Part shown: piece after piece, positions 1 to 12,600 of the stretch
How positions within the stretch are numbered: the first letter of the stretch is position 1
Layout: each line of letters begins with the position of its first letter
Assembly (NCBI GenBank): GCA_002256025.1
Contig: NKIB01012745.1
Location: 1 to 64,000, forward strand
Length of the DNA stretch: 64,000 nucleotides
Direction: 5' to 3'
From: Asterionella formosa
Taxonomy: Eukaryota
Notes under the pieces: generated by a model
The model's database searches: none
Told to the model about the DNA's origin: nothing
Seen by the model: only the letters and a program-made list of their open reading frames with translations
Translations under genes and position numbers: made by a program

Positions 1-580
1 TGTGAACTGAATTACAGAATTAATTGAAGTATTTCAAATAATTATGTGAAGTATTTCAAATAATTATGTGAAGGTGATCACGTAATATAGTGATGATCAG
101 GAATGCATGCATGATACTCTGATCAAATAATGAACGTGATGTATTCACATAATATATAGATATATTCAAGCAAGCATTTTGATGTATTCAACTAATTCAT
201 GTGATCCATTCAAAATCAACTAGGCTTATTTACGTGATGGTCACTTCACGTAATACGCGGCTTCGATGAAGTTGTACATATATTCAACAAATACTACTAC
301 TTCTAGTTAGATACATCACCAGGTAGCTAGTGTACGCGCACCAGTACATTTCTAGAATGCATTTTCAATTATTTTTCCGAGACGCTGGGTCGAACATATG
401 ACACAGGTTGGTTTATTTGAGTATAAAATACTGGTAGGGTAGCCCACATGTACATTCAGTTATGAAGAATCCATATACAAGTAACCAAATTTCTAATGAT
501 TTAAATATTTCAAACGGAATCATCGATATTCAAAATTAGCCCATAAAAGTTCTTAGTTCCAGGGAATTTCGGCAACCCTA
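1..580. mobile_element. Probable right end of a hAT-like DNA transposon (partial, runs off the window start)
   Basis: Ends in GGGAATTTCGGCAACCCTA (reverse complement TAGGGTTGCCGAAATTCCC), a typical hAT-type terminus. AT-rich, no ORF, with recurring GTGAT/TCACGT motifs and a 22-bp tandem duplication at 25-68. The partner TIR is not in the window. Confidence 0.4.
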
Positions 581-1510
581 AAGTAGGGGTTCAAATGCAG
601 GAACCTTAAAATGCAACAAGAAAAATACCGGCATTCATGTATGCAGTAAATGTCGCTTGAAGAAAAATCGCTGTTCTTAGTTAACTACTTTACCAGGTGC
701 TCCGTACAACTCTCATTCCAACGGGACGTTCCGGGGTACCGACGGAATATATATACTACAAAATGAATGTCCACCTCACAGCCACCCGGCGATATTTTAT
801 CTATATTCATGATGGCTTGGAACTCTTGCGGTCATTTGGCAATTATAAGTTGGCAAGAATCATTCTATGTACTGCCTCATTTCCTGGTACTCCTACTCAG
901 CGATAGCTATTTGCGATCTGCTGACACTTATGGCACCAGACTGTATGGTACACTTACATTGCTGTGAGTGGCAGTCCTACCACGGATGCAAGCAACTATA
1001 GAATATGGGTATTGGTTCTTTCTTTCGCAACAAAACCTATGCTCAAGTTAAAGAGGCCAGTCTCGTCTCTCATTTGGAGAGTTTAAAAAAAGGGTATAGC
1101 CTGTTCCTATGCCAGTGCCATACCAGGTCGACCCTGATCTGGATTACCTAGACTTCCCTTACTTTATCTGCGGATCGAACAATGGCGAAGCAAGGAGTCG
1201 CGATCGTACGATGTGCTGTATAAAGAAGCTCAAAGTAGTGTAAAGACCTATATGGTACAGTTGAGCTTGAACAATGACAATACAGACAACATATTTCGCC
1301 TTCAGTCTTTCACTACATGTCAAGCTAACTAAAGATCACCGGAACAACCTACATGACTGTGATCGAAGTTAAGAGTAACACACTCAACATGTTGAATGCA
1401 AATATTTATGTAGTTAAATGATGAAGCTGCGCCGTTCAAACAAGATCGCCACTTTTGTTCGTTCCAAAACAATCCTGCGCCTTGACGATTGTGTGGGCCC
1501 TTTATCTCGC

Positions 1511-2627
1511 TCATGTTCCATTGGAAGTGAATCGATTCATGTTTCCGCCCAAAAGTGCTGCCGTCATTAATCCTTGCGCAGTCATGTGAGCATACGGGTC
1601 CGATTGTGCCAATACATTCTGTTTGTTTTGAAATTGAAATAATGGATTGAACATTCCCATTTGATTAATTTGATGATTCATCTGGTGATTTTGACTTTGC
1701 TGAGCGGCTAACATACCAAGCCCTTGGTTGTTCATCATAGACGCTCCCCCACGAACAGGCAAGTCAGCCTGACCGACGGAGTGAGGAGGCAAACTATAGA
1801 GCTGCTGTTGACGAATTTGCTCGCCTACTTCCTGTCGTGCATGGTCTCTCTCAGTGTCAAATAATATTTTGCGCATCTCGGGAGCACGTTGACGAAGGGC
1901 TTGCGATGTCTTTTCTCGGGCAGCATCGTCACCAATTTCAAACCAAAGGCCCGTCTTTTCGTCACGCTTCAAGAAACGACCATCGTGCCGACGGATTTCC
2001 TTGACAATGGCTCGAGAGATCGAAGGCTTATCATTCTTGCGAGCCTTGAGATAGGCCCGTCGATGAACATTGATGAGATCTCGAAAGAGTCGGTTTCCCC
2101 TGTCAAAAGGATCAAGGCACTTAAATTAGTCACAGATTACGGAGAAATCAGAAAACAAAGCGAGAATCATTTAGAATGCGAACTTACGGGTGCACATTGG
2201 TTCCTCCTCCACGTCCCGATAGAACATCATTGTCGTGAAAGAGACTGAGACCTTCATTAGAAGCTGCAACGGAAGCAGGATCATCGATGTCATCAACTTC
2301 GTCAGTGATGAGAAGTGCAGCGCGTTGCTTCTTCAAGGAAGGCGCGGCTTCAGCGCTGGCAGGATCTTGGACCTTTCGTTTAGCATCACCAGGTTCATCT
2401 CCAGTGTCATCTCCTTTATGACGCGCAAGGACCTCAATAACAGCCCTTTGGGCTGCGTCTTGAGTGGTAAAGGTTAAATTATTGCGCTGCTGATGAGCTT
2501 GATGGATAAGAGTATCGCTCTCCGCAAACAAATCGACATTGTGCATGCCTTCGTCAATATGAATGGATGGATTCCATTCGGGTTGCGCCATTTGGCTCCT
2601 CGGGGCCTCAAAGTTCAGGTTGTTCAT
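1511..2627 (-). CDS. DUF6824-domain protein (diatom-expanded family) with a Q/N/M-rich C-terminus; 2 exons (2627-2188, 2099-1511)
   Basis: Splicing the GTAAG...CAG intron at 2187-2100 gives NDVLSGRGGGTNVHPGNRLFRDLINVHRRAY...GRFLKRDEKTGLWFEIGDDAAREKTSQALR, the DUF6824 signature. Confidence 0.85.
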
Positions 2628-4843
2628 TGTTGTTCTCAGTATTCTGGTACCGCTCTGTGTGCTGCACGCGTAATAGCCATCAAGAAAGCGTATGTATTAT
2701 GTAAGTCTTCGGTTTAATATTTGTTAGACATCAACAAGCCTCGAATGCAGCGAAAGGTATATGTACCGGTATTTGTCATATGTAGGCTTATCAGAAGGAC
2801 ATTTCCCTAAGTCCTGGTACCTGGTACCAAATTTACTGATTCGAACGCATTTGCACCTAATGCAAGACGATATACATACCGGTATATACAAGTATTTGAT
2901 TTCAATCTCAAAATGTCTTTTTCAACTCGACATTTTATGAGAAGCCTTGAAGTTTATAAGAAACGTTAAGATGAAAATCCGTGAAAAGAAGGCGACCTTC
3001 GCATTCAACAGTTAAAATTAAATATCTTAGAATAATCAGCTAGTCTACCGGTATACATGCTACTTGTAGTAACCCTTCTCATTCCCCACGAAAACCAGTC
3101 CCGATTTAAATTTTGTTCCGCATTGGGATTCACTTTGGGTCTTATAAGCGGCCTTTCCGGAACTTGAACTCCGGATTATACGGAGTAACCCTTTGGTGCC
3201 GATCATTTCTCGTCGATAGCATAGTACCACCAGCAGGTATCACATCAGCGTACATCTTGTCCATATTAAGCGAGCCTGAAAATTCGTTGATTCTTCACAA
3301 TACTGCTACCGTGCTAGGTAGTGAGTGTACTTCATCCGGCCTAGCAATCCAGATATAGCAATATTGCTGTACGAAACACTGCTACGGTAACTACTCACTC
3401 TCTTCCGGAATAGTTTCAACATGACTACCGGTAGTATATACCGTATGCAATTTTATTGTATTTTGGTGACCACCGAAGAATTTGCTGCAGCAGCCAATGA
3501 TAAATGTCATTCTTGCACTGTGTAGAATCTACGCAAAATGATCTTCGAAGAAAACTGGTCGTGCTCGTATGTACGTACGCATACATTCATACAATCTCTC
3601 GGACAAGCAACAGGAAAATCGACACTAACAACACACGATAAAATCGGCTTTATAATGTATAAAGAACAGACGAGCGACATGTTCATCATTTTCAATGATA
3701 CATATGTAAGCGGCATGATGGGAAGCATCGATTCTGGAGCATCTTTGCGGAGAAATATCAGGTTCAAGCGATGTTCATTTTCCCTTATAGTGAAGTTGAA
3801 TGAGCACCAAATACCGATACAACAACTACAAAACGGCATGAAAGGACATAATGACCTCACATAGAAAATATACCGGTATGGAATACGCACTCAGTACCGA
3901 TCCACAACCTCAGGTACCCAGATGTAAGCGCATAATGACCTCAATAGATTATGGACCAAATCAACATAACCCAAGCTAAAGAGGAACGTATGTAGGAAGG
4001 AATGCTTCACTGCAATCAGGTCTAAGAGTTGTAATCAATGTTGCCTTTGCTTGTACCAGGTACTGTATACAACTCATGCAGAAACCGAATGCCAAATTAT
4101 TCCAAATCAAATGGTGTGTATCATACACGTTTAAGTACCTGGTACCAGTAGGTCTATGATGGTGCAATGTGTTGCAGCGACAATATGACGTCAGCAAGGA
4201 GTGCCTTAGTTAAAAATTCATTACCGGTAGTAACCTATATATATGGTACAAAATGCTAGCAATACTTTATTAGTACCGGTATGTCCTATTACATGTATGC
4301 ATCGGGTAGCCGACGGCCGTTGGCTACTACAAAATACATATCTTTTATGAATCTGATCGTGATCCTATGTAGAATATATAACTACGGTACCAGGTAGTGC
4401 CGGCCGTAGCACGGATTTTATATGAGAATAGTCTGACGGTGCAATTTTGGTTTCTCTAAGTAACAGTGGTGCAATTGTGTTGCAAATGCCAATGGGCAGT
4501 TGAATTTACGAACAGTTTTCTCTTTTTCAACCCTGTTTGGGAAAAGTCCCAGTATTCTAAAAATAGGTGAACCTGACCTCGATTTTTAGCATGCTTTCTG
4601 TAGAATTGCACCCCAATTGGAATGTTGGCTCAACCAATTGGTGGCAAAGGCTTCAAGCAATGCTACAATCAACAAATCAGCAGGGTTGTGCAATTGAGCC
4701 AGAGAAAAGCGTTTGAGTCAAAATGGCCCAGTAGAAATTTGAATTATCGATGTATCTAATGGTAATATTGGAATGCAGTACCTACTGGTACCCTGCTAGG
4801 CTACTGGGATCAATATACCGCTCCATACTTACTTACTATGAAT

Positions 4844-5585
4844 CATAGGTCAGTGATATTATACTGCAGTAATACTGCATGCTTTTTTTAGAGAAAGACA
4901 GTATACTGGTATACTGTATTCACTTGTCGAACAGTTAAGTATTTCAATATTGAAATGAAAGTATACCAGTGTACTGATACCGCTTCCAAAGCAGTATTCT
5001 TATTGTGACTTGGATGAAATTTTTTCGGCCAATAACAAAGGATGCAGCAGGCAATCATGGCAGCTACTTAAGTGCTTTTGTTCTATCATGTTAATCAACT
5101 TGATCATCATCCATCTCTAATGTGATAGTCCTGCCCATTGCTTTACTGACCACAGCCTCATTCCAGTAATGTCTATTCATTTCTAGAAATGCGATCGCTT
5201 CAAACACAGCAGGTGATGTTGACTTCCTAACACAAGTAAGAATGTGCTTGGCAATGGAAAAGAGCCTTTCACAACTAACATAAGTACCAAGGAGGAGGTC
5301 AAGACAACTATAATTTCTATAGTCTGCCAATTTTTTCTATTTTGGTCTTGCTTAATTGCCCAAGTAGTACTATTGAACGGAATTTCACTCTCCAATTCTA
5401 CAAGACATGCCGGATTTTCTGAAGATTCCTACATAGCAGTATACTGGGAAGCTATACCAGTATACTGGAAATTTTTTGGAACAGTATGGTATTTGGAATA
5501 TAAAATGACAGTATACTGGTATACTGATACTGCGTCTGGAGCAGTATCAGTATCCAATACTGCAGTATACTTTCACCGACCTCAG
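4844..5585 (-). mobile_element. Non-autonomous hAT transposon (internally deleted, 742 bp) retaining the transposase C-terminal dimerisation region
   Basis: Imperfect TIRs (CATAGGTCAGTGATATTATACTGCAGTA vs reverse complement of right end CTGAGGTCGGTGAAAGTATACTGCAGTA). Identical 8-bp TSD CTATGAAT at 4836-4843 and 5586-5593. Minus-strand peptide SCERLFSIAKHILTCVRKSTSPAVFEAIAFLEMNRHYW. CAGTAT/ATACTG subterminal repeats. Confidence 0.85.
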
Positions 5586-6042
5586 CTATGAATGACGATT
5601 GTGCATACGTATGCATACGACTGAATCACATACCGGTATGTACCAACCCAGCGTCCCGCACGACATGATGGAATTGATCTTTCGCTAACAAGAACCATAC
5701 AGATATATTTAAAACTCATACCGGTATATCTAAATTCAATACTCTTTTATTTGTACAGCATACATACAGTACCGGTATTACCTGGCCGGTAGACTACTCC
5801 GAGTTCCGGTACCTGGTACCGGTATCTGGAACCACGTATCACGTTTTCAATAAAGAATGAAGTTAATTTTACAACTCCACCACATTATCATATACCGTAT
5901 GCGTACACTATCGAAAAATCACATCAACGAAGCTGAAATTATTATTACCTCAGTTGCTGGAAAGAACCGATCACTACCGGTATTCGCAAACAGACTAAGC
6001 AGAAGAAAGTAAAGATAACAGAGGAATTAACTACTCATCGAG

Positions 6043-6633
6043 ATGACTAATTATTTGTTTTCTTTGAAGTTCTTGATAAAGTCTATGCTTCTCCATACTG
6101 CCATTTCGTTTGTTCTGACAACTTCATTCGAAAGCAACCGACATGACAAGATCACAAAACCATTGTTTGCATTAAGTGCTGATGATGTAATTGGCCTCGA
6201 CGAAAAATTCATAAGTTTCCCGGACAGCAGCTATAACGGTCTCGATGTCGTGACGGCTTGTATGGAAGCCTTATGTCAGAATTCTCAACCAATTGCAAAT
6301 GCCGGTCTTGAGGTTTGTTGGAATTTTTCGAGTGATCGCTGTCGAGCGGCGCAAGGAGGCTCTCTCGAGCAATTTATTGAATTTGCCGGTAATCCCATCT
6401 TCTCTAGTTTGGTAAATGCCCAAAGTTGGACTATCAAGTCCACAGGACCTATCATTCCTGGCACTCTTACCAGGGGAGCAATGCAAACGGTTCTTATTGA
6501 AGTATCGCCGCAGAAAGGTCGAATGCGAGAATTTCTGTGGACCGTTCAGTGTGAGCGCAGGCCTCCAAGGCAAGACTGTTGGTTAGTCCATGAATGCATA
6601 TTTAAAGATAATGCTTGGTCACAAACATTGTAA
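6043..6633 (+). CDS. Uncharacterised protein with N-terminal signal/transit-like region (possibly plastid; DUF4864-like)
   Basis: 196-aa intronless ORF with a hydrophobic N-terminus and a conserved-looking core (GLEVCWNFSSDRCRAAQGGSLEQF...FLWTVQCERRPPRQDCWLV). Family assignment is tentative. Confidence 0.65.
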   Translation: MTNYLFSLKFLIKSMLLHTAISFVLTTSFESNRHDKITKPLFALSADDVIGLDEKFISFPDSSYNGLDVVTACMEALCQNSQPIANAGLEVCWNFSSDRCRAAQGGSLEQFIEFAGNPIFSSLVNAQSWTIKSTGPIIPGTLTRGAMQTVLIEVSPQKGRMREFLWTVQCERRPPRQDCWLVHECIFKDNAWSQTL

Positions 6634-6684
6634 ACAACAACAACACGAATCCTGTTTCTTCACACGACGCCAGCTGCTTTCTAG

Positions 6685-6814
6685 TTGGCTGGGTTCCCGT
6701 TGTTTCTCTATTATCAAAATTAAATCGATCTTTTTGTGAGCATGCTTTTTTGGCTGGGTTCCCGTTGTTTCTCTATTATCAAAATTAAATCGATCTTTTT
6801 GTGAGCATGCTTTT
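6685..6814. repeat. Exact 65-bp tandem duplication (2 copies) between convergent 3' ends
   Basis: TTGGCTGGGTTCCCGTTG...GTGAGCATGCTTTT occurs at 6685 and again at 6750. Confidence 0.9.
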
Positions 6815-6869
6815 TGCAAGTGCTGCCAAATACAAACAGGTTTATACGGTATTTCTTAGTGGCGAGCTT

Positions 6870-7886
6870 TTAGCGAAACGTGTCCTTGAACAATGCGTAC
6901 GATGCAACTACTGTCATTGCAGCAGTTTCGGCTCGAAGCACATGCGGGCCAAGCGAGACACAGCGTATTGACTTGCAATCAACGATGTCGAAGTATGATT
7001 CTTCTTCTGAGCTCCATCCTCCTTCCGGTCCAACTAGAAAAGAAATTCCAGACTGCATCTCATCCATCATCGATAGAGCTAGCAATACGGGCGTAGCAGA
7101 AGTGCGTTCCCGGCAAACCAACAAATGGCCAGAGCGTTCCTTGTGTGCATCCAGGAGGCTTTTTACAGATCCCTCCTCTAACGAGAACAATGCAGGAACA
7201 GTTAGTCTCTCGCATTGTTCGGAAGCTTCTGTGATTTGAATGGCCAACCTGTCGAGTTCTTGACAATCGCGCTTTGACAATGGATCTGTCCGATCAGTAG
7301 CAAGTATGGTAAATCCACCGACACCCAATTCGGTGCACTTTTCAAGTATCATTTTCATTCGCACTTTCTTGAGAGGAGCAAGATACAACCAGGGGAGGTC
7401 TTCATGGCTAGTAGGTTGTGGACGTAGCTGTTTCAAGCATGTGGCAAATACCGATGCGTCAGAACGCTTGCGTTTCCGGCTGTCATCCGTTTCCTCCAGC
7501 AATACTTCGGCCAACCATTCACCATGAGCTCCATCAAATATTCGAATCCGATTCTTGTTTGAGGCTTGCTTTCCACCTATTCTCATAACTTTTGTCACGT
7601 AGTGTGCATGCTCGGGCGATAACGCAATTCTGGTTCCAATATTGAGAGTTATAGTCGACGCGGAAGGACAGATTGGTGAAGGACCAATGTAAAGTCTAGG
7701 AAGCGTTGTATACTTTGTCTTTGCATGCTGCTGACTTGGCAAATCTTCGTCCTCGCCAGAAAGCTTTGTCATTAGCCTCGTCCATCGAATGGCACGGATT
7801 GCCCATGGGCGAACGAAGGATTCTGTGTCGCATAGGAGTAGAAGGTAAGTTGCGAGTACGAATACCTTGTTCCTTGCTTCTTTCAT
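6870..7886 (-). CDS. rsmE: 16S rRNA m3U1498 methyltransferase RsmE (SPOUT), probably plastid-targeted
   Basis: Motifs HYVTKVMR, RIFDG, EKCTELGV, EASEQCER, VGPEGGWS, SLGPHVLRAETAA; signal peptide ending TES|F. Confidence 0.9.
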   Translation of the reverse strand: MKEARNKVFVLATYLLLLCDTESFVRPWAIRAIRWTRLMTKLSGEDEDLPSQQHAKTKYTTLPRLYIGPSPICPSASTITLNIGTRIALSPEHAHYVTKVMRIGGKQASNKNRIRIFDGAHGEWLAEVLLEETDDSRKRKRSDASVFATCLKQLRPQPTSHEDLPWLYLAPLKKVRMKMILEKCTELGVGGFTILATDRTDPLSKRDCQELDRLAIQITEASEQCERLTVPALFSLEEGSVKSLLDAHKERSGHLLVCRERTSATPVLLALSMMDEMQSGISFLVGPEGGWSSEEESYFDIVDCKSIRCVSLGPHVLRAETAAMTVVASYALFKDTFR

Positions 7887-8141
7887 TTAAAATTCGCAGC
7901 CGGTTACCTGAATGTTCATTTAATTTTTATATGAATAACATTGCAGCATGTTAACACATGTATGTATATACCGGTATTATAACACATGGAACAAATGATG
8001 GAATAAAAATTCCAGCATGCATGCTACGACCGGGTACATAAACCGGTACCGGTATACTGGCTGGTCGGATGTCTTTGTACATATACCGGTATGTAATGCT
8101 GGTGTGCTGGTGGTACCATACCAGGGTACCAGGTACTGTTA

Positions 8142-8236
8142 CCGCAAGTTACGGTCATTTGGCTTAAACAAACAATTTAATACTAGATAAAGATAGCTAA
8201 ATTTTTGTTTCAGTACAATTACCACAACTTGCTTGG
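8142..8236 (+). mobile_element. ~90-bp MITE, copy 1
   Basis: TIR GCAAGTT(G/A)CGGT...ACC(G/A)CAACTTGC; conserved AT-rich core; six copies in the window. Confidence 0.8.
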
Positions 8237-8278
8237 TCTCGAGTACCGGGTAACAGGGGTGGTACCAGGTAGCAGATA

Positions 8279-8375
8279 CCAGGCAAGTTGCGGTCATTTT
8301 GCTTAAATCAACAATTTAATCTGAGATAAAAATAGCTAAATCTTTAGTTCAGCAAAATTACCGCAACTTGCAAGG
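8279..8375 (+). mobile_element. ~90-bp MITE, copy 2
   Basis: TA|CCAGGCAAGTTGCGGTCATTTTGCT...AGCAAAATTACCGCAACTTGCAAGG|TA; TA on both sides. Confidence 0.85.
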
Positions 8376-8877
8376 TACCAAGTTATCCACTGGTACCTGG
8401 TACTCAGTACCAGATACTACTGGTACCAGGTACACAGTGGTGTGTGTCTTAAAGAAGCGAAGACCGTTTTCCTGACCGCTTTACCTTTTAGAAGGTGGAA
8501 TTCTACTGGTTCTTAGTACAAGTCCATTCCTTGGAGGTACCAGGTACAAGGGGTATCAGTCGACGTCATTTTGCTAATCACGTAGGGGTGTCCTAGTCCA
8601 GATAGTACTGGTAGTCGTTCTATTTATTATTAGATTATGAAATACCGGCCGGTCCAACAGGGTACCAGGGTACCAGGTACCATGTAATACCGGTATACAT
8701 ATGTATAACTGGTACTAACACGCACTCCCATTATTGTCTCCATGTTGTTCGATATGGAGCACCTGGTGGTAACCTAGATTTAACGACTTTAACGTCACTA
8801 GGCTGGCTTTTCTTAGAAAAATATCCGTTCGCCATATTTTTCTTCACTTGTTGCCATTGAACCCATTTAACATCACC

Positions 8878-9454
8878 ATGCAATCTGGAACTGGAATCCA
8901 AGAGCTCATGGCCGCCGAACAGCGTGCCTCTCAAATTGTTGCCGAGGCTCGAGTTGGTGAGTAACTGATATCGTTGACCATGGCACATCCTATGGAAAAG
9001 GAACCAATGGCCGTCATTGTGTGTCCACTCTGTCCTGGTACATAACCAACGTAGCTCATACGGAAATCGCCAATTCCAAGGATTTCACAGCAAATCTTAA
9101 AAATCCTCTTGCTATGATACTCACCCTGCTTTTCGTTGATCCTTCTCAGGCCGTGGGGACCGCATGAAACAAGCCAAGGTTGAGGCACAGGAGCTCATTG
9201 CGACCTACAGAGCTGAGAAGCAAGAGGAATTCAATAACATGGTGCTTGCTAAGGGAGGATCCGGATCAAGTGCTTCCCAGAAGCTTCAGGCCGAGACCAA
9301 CGCTGATATCCAAAACATGCAGGGATATTTCCAGAGAAATGCCCAGAAAGCTGTTGATGTTTTGCTATCCAAGTGCTGTGAAGTTTCTTTGGAGGTCCCA
9401 ACTGCTCGTGTCCGTTCGACCCAAAAGAAGTATGGCGTTGTCAGTACGTTTTAA
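8878..9454 (+). CDS. VMA10: V-type H+-ATPase subunit G; 2 exons (8878-8956, 9150-9454)
   Basis: MQSGTGIQELMAAEQRASQIVAEARVG/RGDRMKQAKVEAQELIATYRAEKQ after removing the GTGAGT...CAG intron 8957-9149. Confidence 0.92.
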
Positions 9455-9670
9455 ATAATGAAATTGCTCAACTCCCACATGCATTGGACCTGGCAATTTG
9501 CAACTACATAAAAAAGAAGGAATCACTTGTGGACCCAATAGGAGCGATGCACTAATTATAGTTTTTAGAGTGTGTATGAAGCATCATTTGAGTTACGTTT
9601 CCCTTGGCGAGTAGAAAGGCGACACAAAGCCATAAATCTTGGTCTAGAGTTTTAAGACCAACATCATTCA

Positions 9671-12600
9671 CTACTCTAGTTTATCTTTGATGGACTTGAG
9701 CATGCCGTGAAACGAAACCAGAGAACCAATTCCTTTTTGTTCTGCATCGTTGACATGGACTTCTCGCATCATCTTTTGCGTCAGCGCCTCGCGATAAGCT
9801 TCTTTGTACTTTCCGCCATTGTTGACCTTCTTCTCTATCTTTACCAAGCTCACTAGCAATTTCAGCACCTTTTCTTCAACAGAAGACGCCAGGGTTAACA
9901 TTTTTTCCAACCACTGCGGTGATGGAATATCAGAAACAAAGAATGCGTTTGCAGTGTCAAGACACCTGCTCAATGCCTTAAACAAGCATTCCTCGCCAGA
10001 TACAACAGCGTACAAATTAGATAAATCCAGGCATAAAAGAACGAAAGTGGGTTCGTTGCCAGTGGGAGCGTGACTGAAAAATGAATGGGCAGCACTGAAA
10101 TGATGGAAGGCCGAAGCAAGCTTCGCTCGAGTTTTCGCCTCATCTCGTTGACATGTCCATACCTTCGAATAGTAGAGAGCTAGTTGGTAATGTACTGCAG
10201 CTGCTTGGTGACTATTTCCGAGTTCCTCATAAATATGCAGTGCCTTCTCCATGGGATCAATTATTGATCGTTCCTTGCCGGGGTTGATCCGTAACGCTTC
10301 CATGATCACAGGTGTAGTTCCACCGCCAAGGAGACCTTGACGTCTACGAACGCCGAGAACCAAGAACGTTGCTGCCAACTCTTGACTGACCATATCCCAT
10401 GTGATTGGATCGATGTCTCGCTGACACAGGGCCTCGTGAGCTTTTTGGAGGTGCTCGGCCCCACATTGAAGGCAAACCTCAGCGTGTGAAGATGCATCGG
10501 AGTTAGATTTTGGCTTTGCAAAAGTTGAATTTGCGCGAATTTTGCTGCATTGGCATAAGTTGCATCGTAGTAAAGCTATATTTCGCGAGTCATTGCAGAT
10601 GTTGAATGTGGTGAGACCTTCGGTGAACCAAAATTCCGCAGAAAAGAGAAGGATGTCGGCCACTACGTGAATTCCATCGTCAGTCAATCTTGTTGGCTCC
10701 CTATTGAGAACAAAACGCATTTCATCGAGTAGTATTTTGCCAATTTCGTTGCATGCATCTCCGAGGCGCTGACGTAGCAAGGAGAGTGCTGCCGGAGGGG
10801 AGGAATTCTTTTCTAGCATTGAGTCTGTGTTCTCCGAATGACGAGGCAGATACCGGACGTCTTTTCCAAGTAAAACCTCGAACATATCAATGCATCGACT
10901 ATAGCAAACACAGGATGCCACTAAAACCCTTCGCTTGTCTCGCTGAATCGTTTTTTGCTGATCCAGTAGGTTCGAAGTTATTGTCATTGCAGGGGATTGT
11001 TCGATATATTTCGTTCCAGTGGAGTAATTCTCAGAGATAATTGACTCGTCAACAAGGGAAGAACAGTTTCTAAGGGAAACCAAACCTTTCGTCTTCGATG
11101 AGAGCAATGCTGGATCAAGGACAAAGTGAAAACAGGAATTCTTCAAATGTACTGCGCCGAAAGCGGCTTCGACATCACCCAACACACTAATTACGTCATC
11201 ACCACAAGCGTGTCCTCGATCGCGCCACAAATTGTCAGCAGCAAATGATCGGGCAAAATGGCCACAATGTTCCCACAACCAAGTATACTGATATTTCAAA
11301 CTCACTTCAAACCTTTCCTGTTCATTGCTGTCATTCGAAATCAATTCGACAAGTGAAATGGCGTCGGCAATCTTCCTCGCCGCCGTTCGAAGCGATTGCA
11401 TTGCACTTGATGACCAATAGTTCTTCAGATGGTGTTCGGCAAGGCGGAGAGAAACATTGATTAGCTTGTGATGAAGGCCAAAGAGTTGAGAAGCGATGCA
11501 GTGTGTTTCAATTGAAGACATCTCGTCGTTTTCCTCATCGTCAGAACTACTGCATCCTTCATTCTGAACATTTACAACATGCGGCTTCTCTTGTCTTTTT
11601 TTACTTTGGTTTTCCTTAGCCTCATCCAGAAGGGGCCAGAGCTGCTTGATTCCGTAGACTATATGATCTTGAGCTTTGCTAAGTGCGTCAACCGAAATGT
11701 TTGCATACGGCGGAGAGGCTACTGCGGAAGGTCGCTCCATGTCGTCCATTTTGTGTTTCGACTCAGAAAGATCCTCTTCGACATTCAAAAAAGTGTCAGC
11801 CAAGTTCTCACTAACACTCGATCGCAGAGTTTCGTGTTGACCGCCATCCATATCAGCTAAGTCTTCCAAGAGGTTCAAAGCGTTTTGAAGGAGAGATCGT
11901 TGCCGTGCCCGAAAGTCTCGCTTTAGAGAAGCCTTTTCTTCTGGATTTCGTGCCAGTTGGCTTAATCGATGAGCGAATCGATATGACATCATACTTAACC
12001 ACCATATCCATTTGCGTTGGCGTTGAGCCGATATGGAACTAATATCATACAGTTGTATATTCGTTTCACCAGCATCTTTTCTCAATAAATATGTCGAGTT
12101 GTCTCGAGTGCAGTTGGCCTTCAAAAATCTCAAAAGAGTGGCGGCGTTCATTTCCATAATATGGGGCGAAAATAATGGATCTCCCGCTAATGTAGTGTCA
12201 ATGTAGCTCCAAGCAATGTTGCTGTCCAAGGTCTGTGCATTAATCAATTTGGATGGGATATCCTTAGTTTCCATCAATTTGACGGACTGAATCAAGCCCT
12301 TCTCCTGTAAGCAAAGCGCTAATTGTGGAACATTCGCCATAAGGTTGTCAAGGTAAACATCCAATACGGTGCAGATAGGTGTGGAGATTTGTGAAGACTG
12401 CGATGACAGCATACTTCCTAGCGGATGACGAATAGGCGGAACAATACACGTCTGTAACTGCACCTGATCCAAATTGGGAGCTGTAAACGATGCAGAGGAT
12501 GTTGTTGTTGATACGACCCTTTTTCGACTCAGAGCACTTGCGTAGCTTGGCTTGCCAGCTTGTTGAAGCTCTGCTAGTTGGTGATCAGCAATAAATTCTC

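Noticed and set aside
4307..4328. Near-perfect 22-bp palindrome GTAGCCGACGGCCGTTGGCTAC (another at about 54200-54223)
   Set aside because: Isolated, unrelated to each other, and no further structure supports a function.
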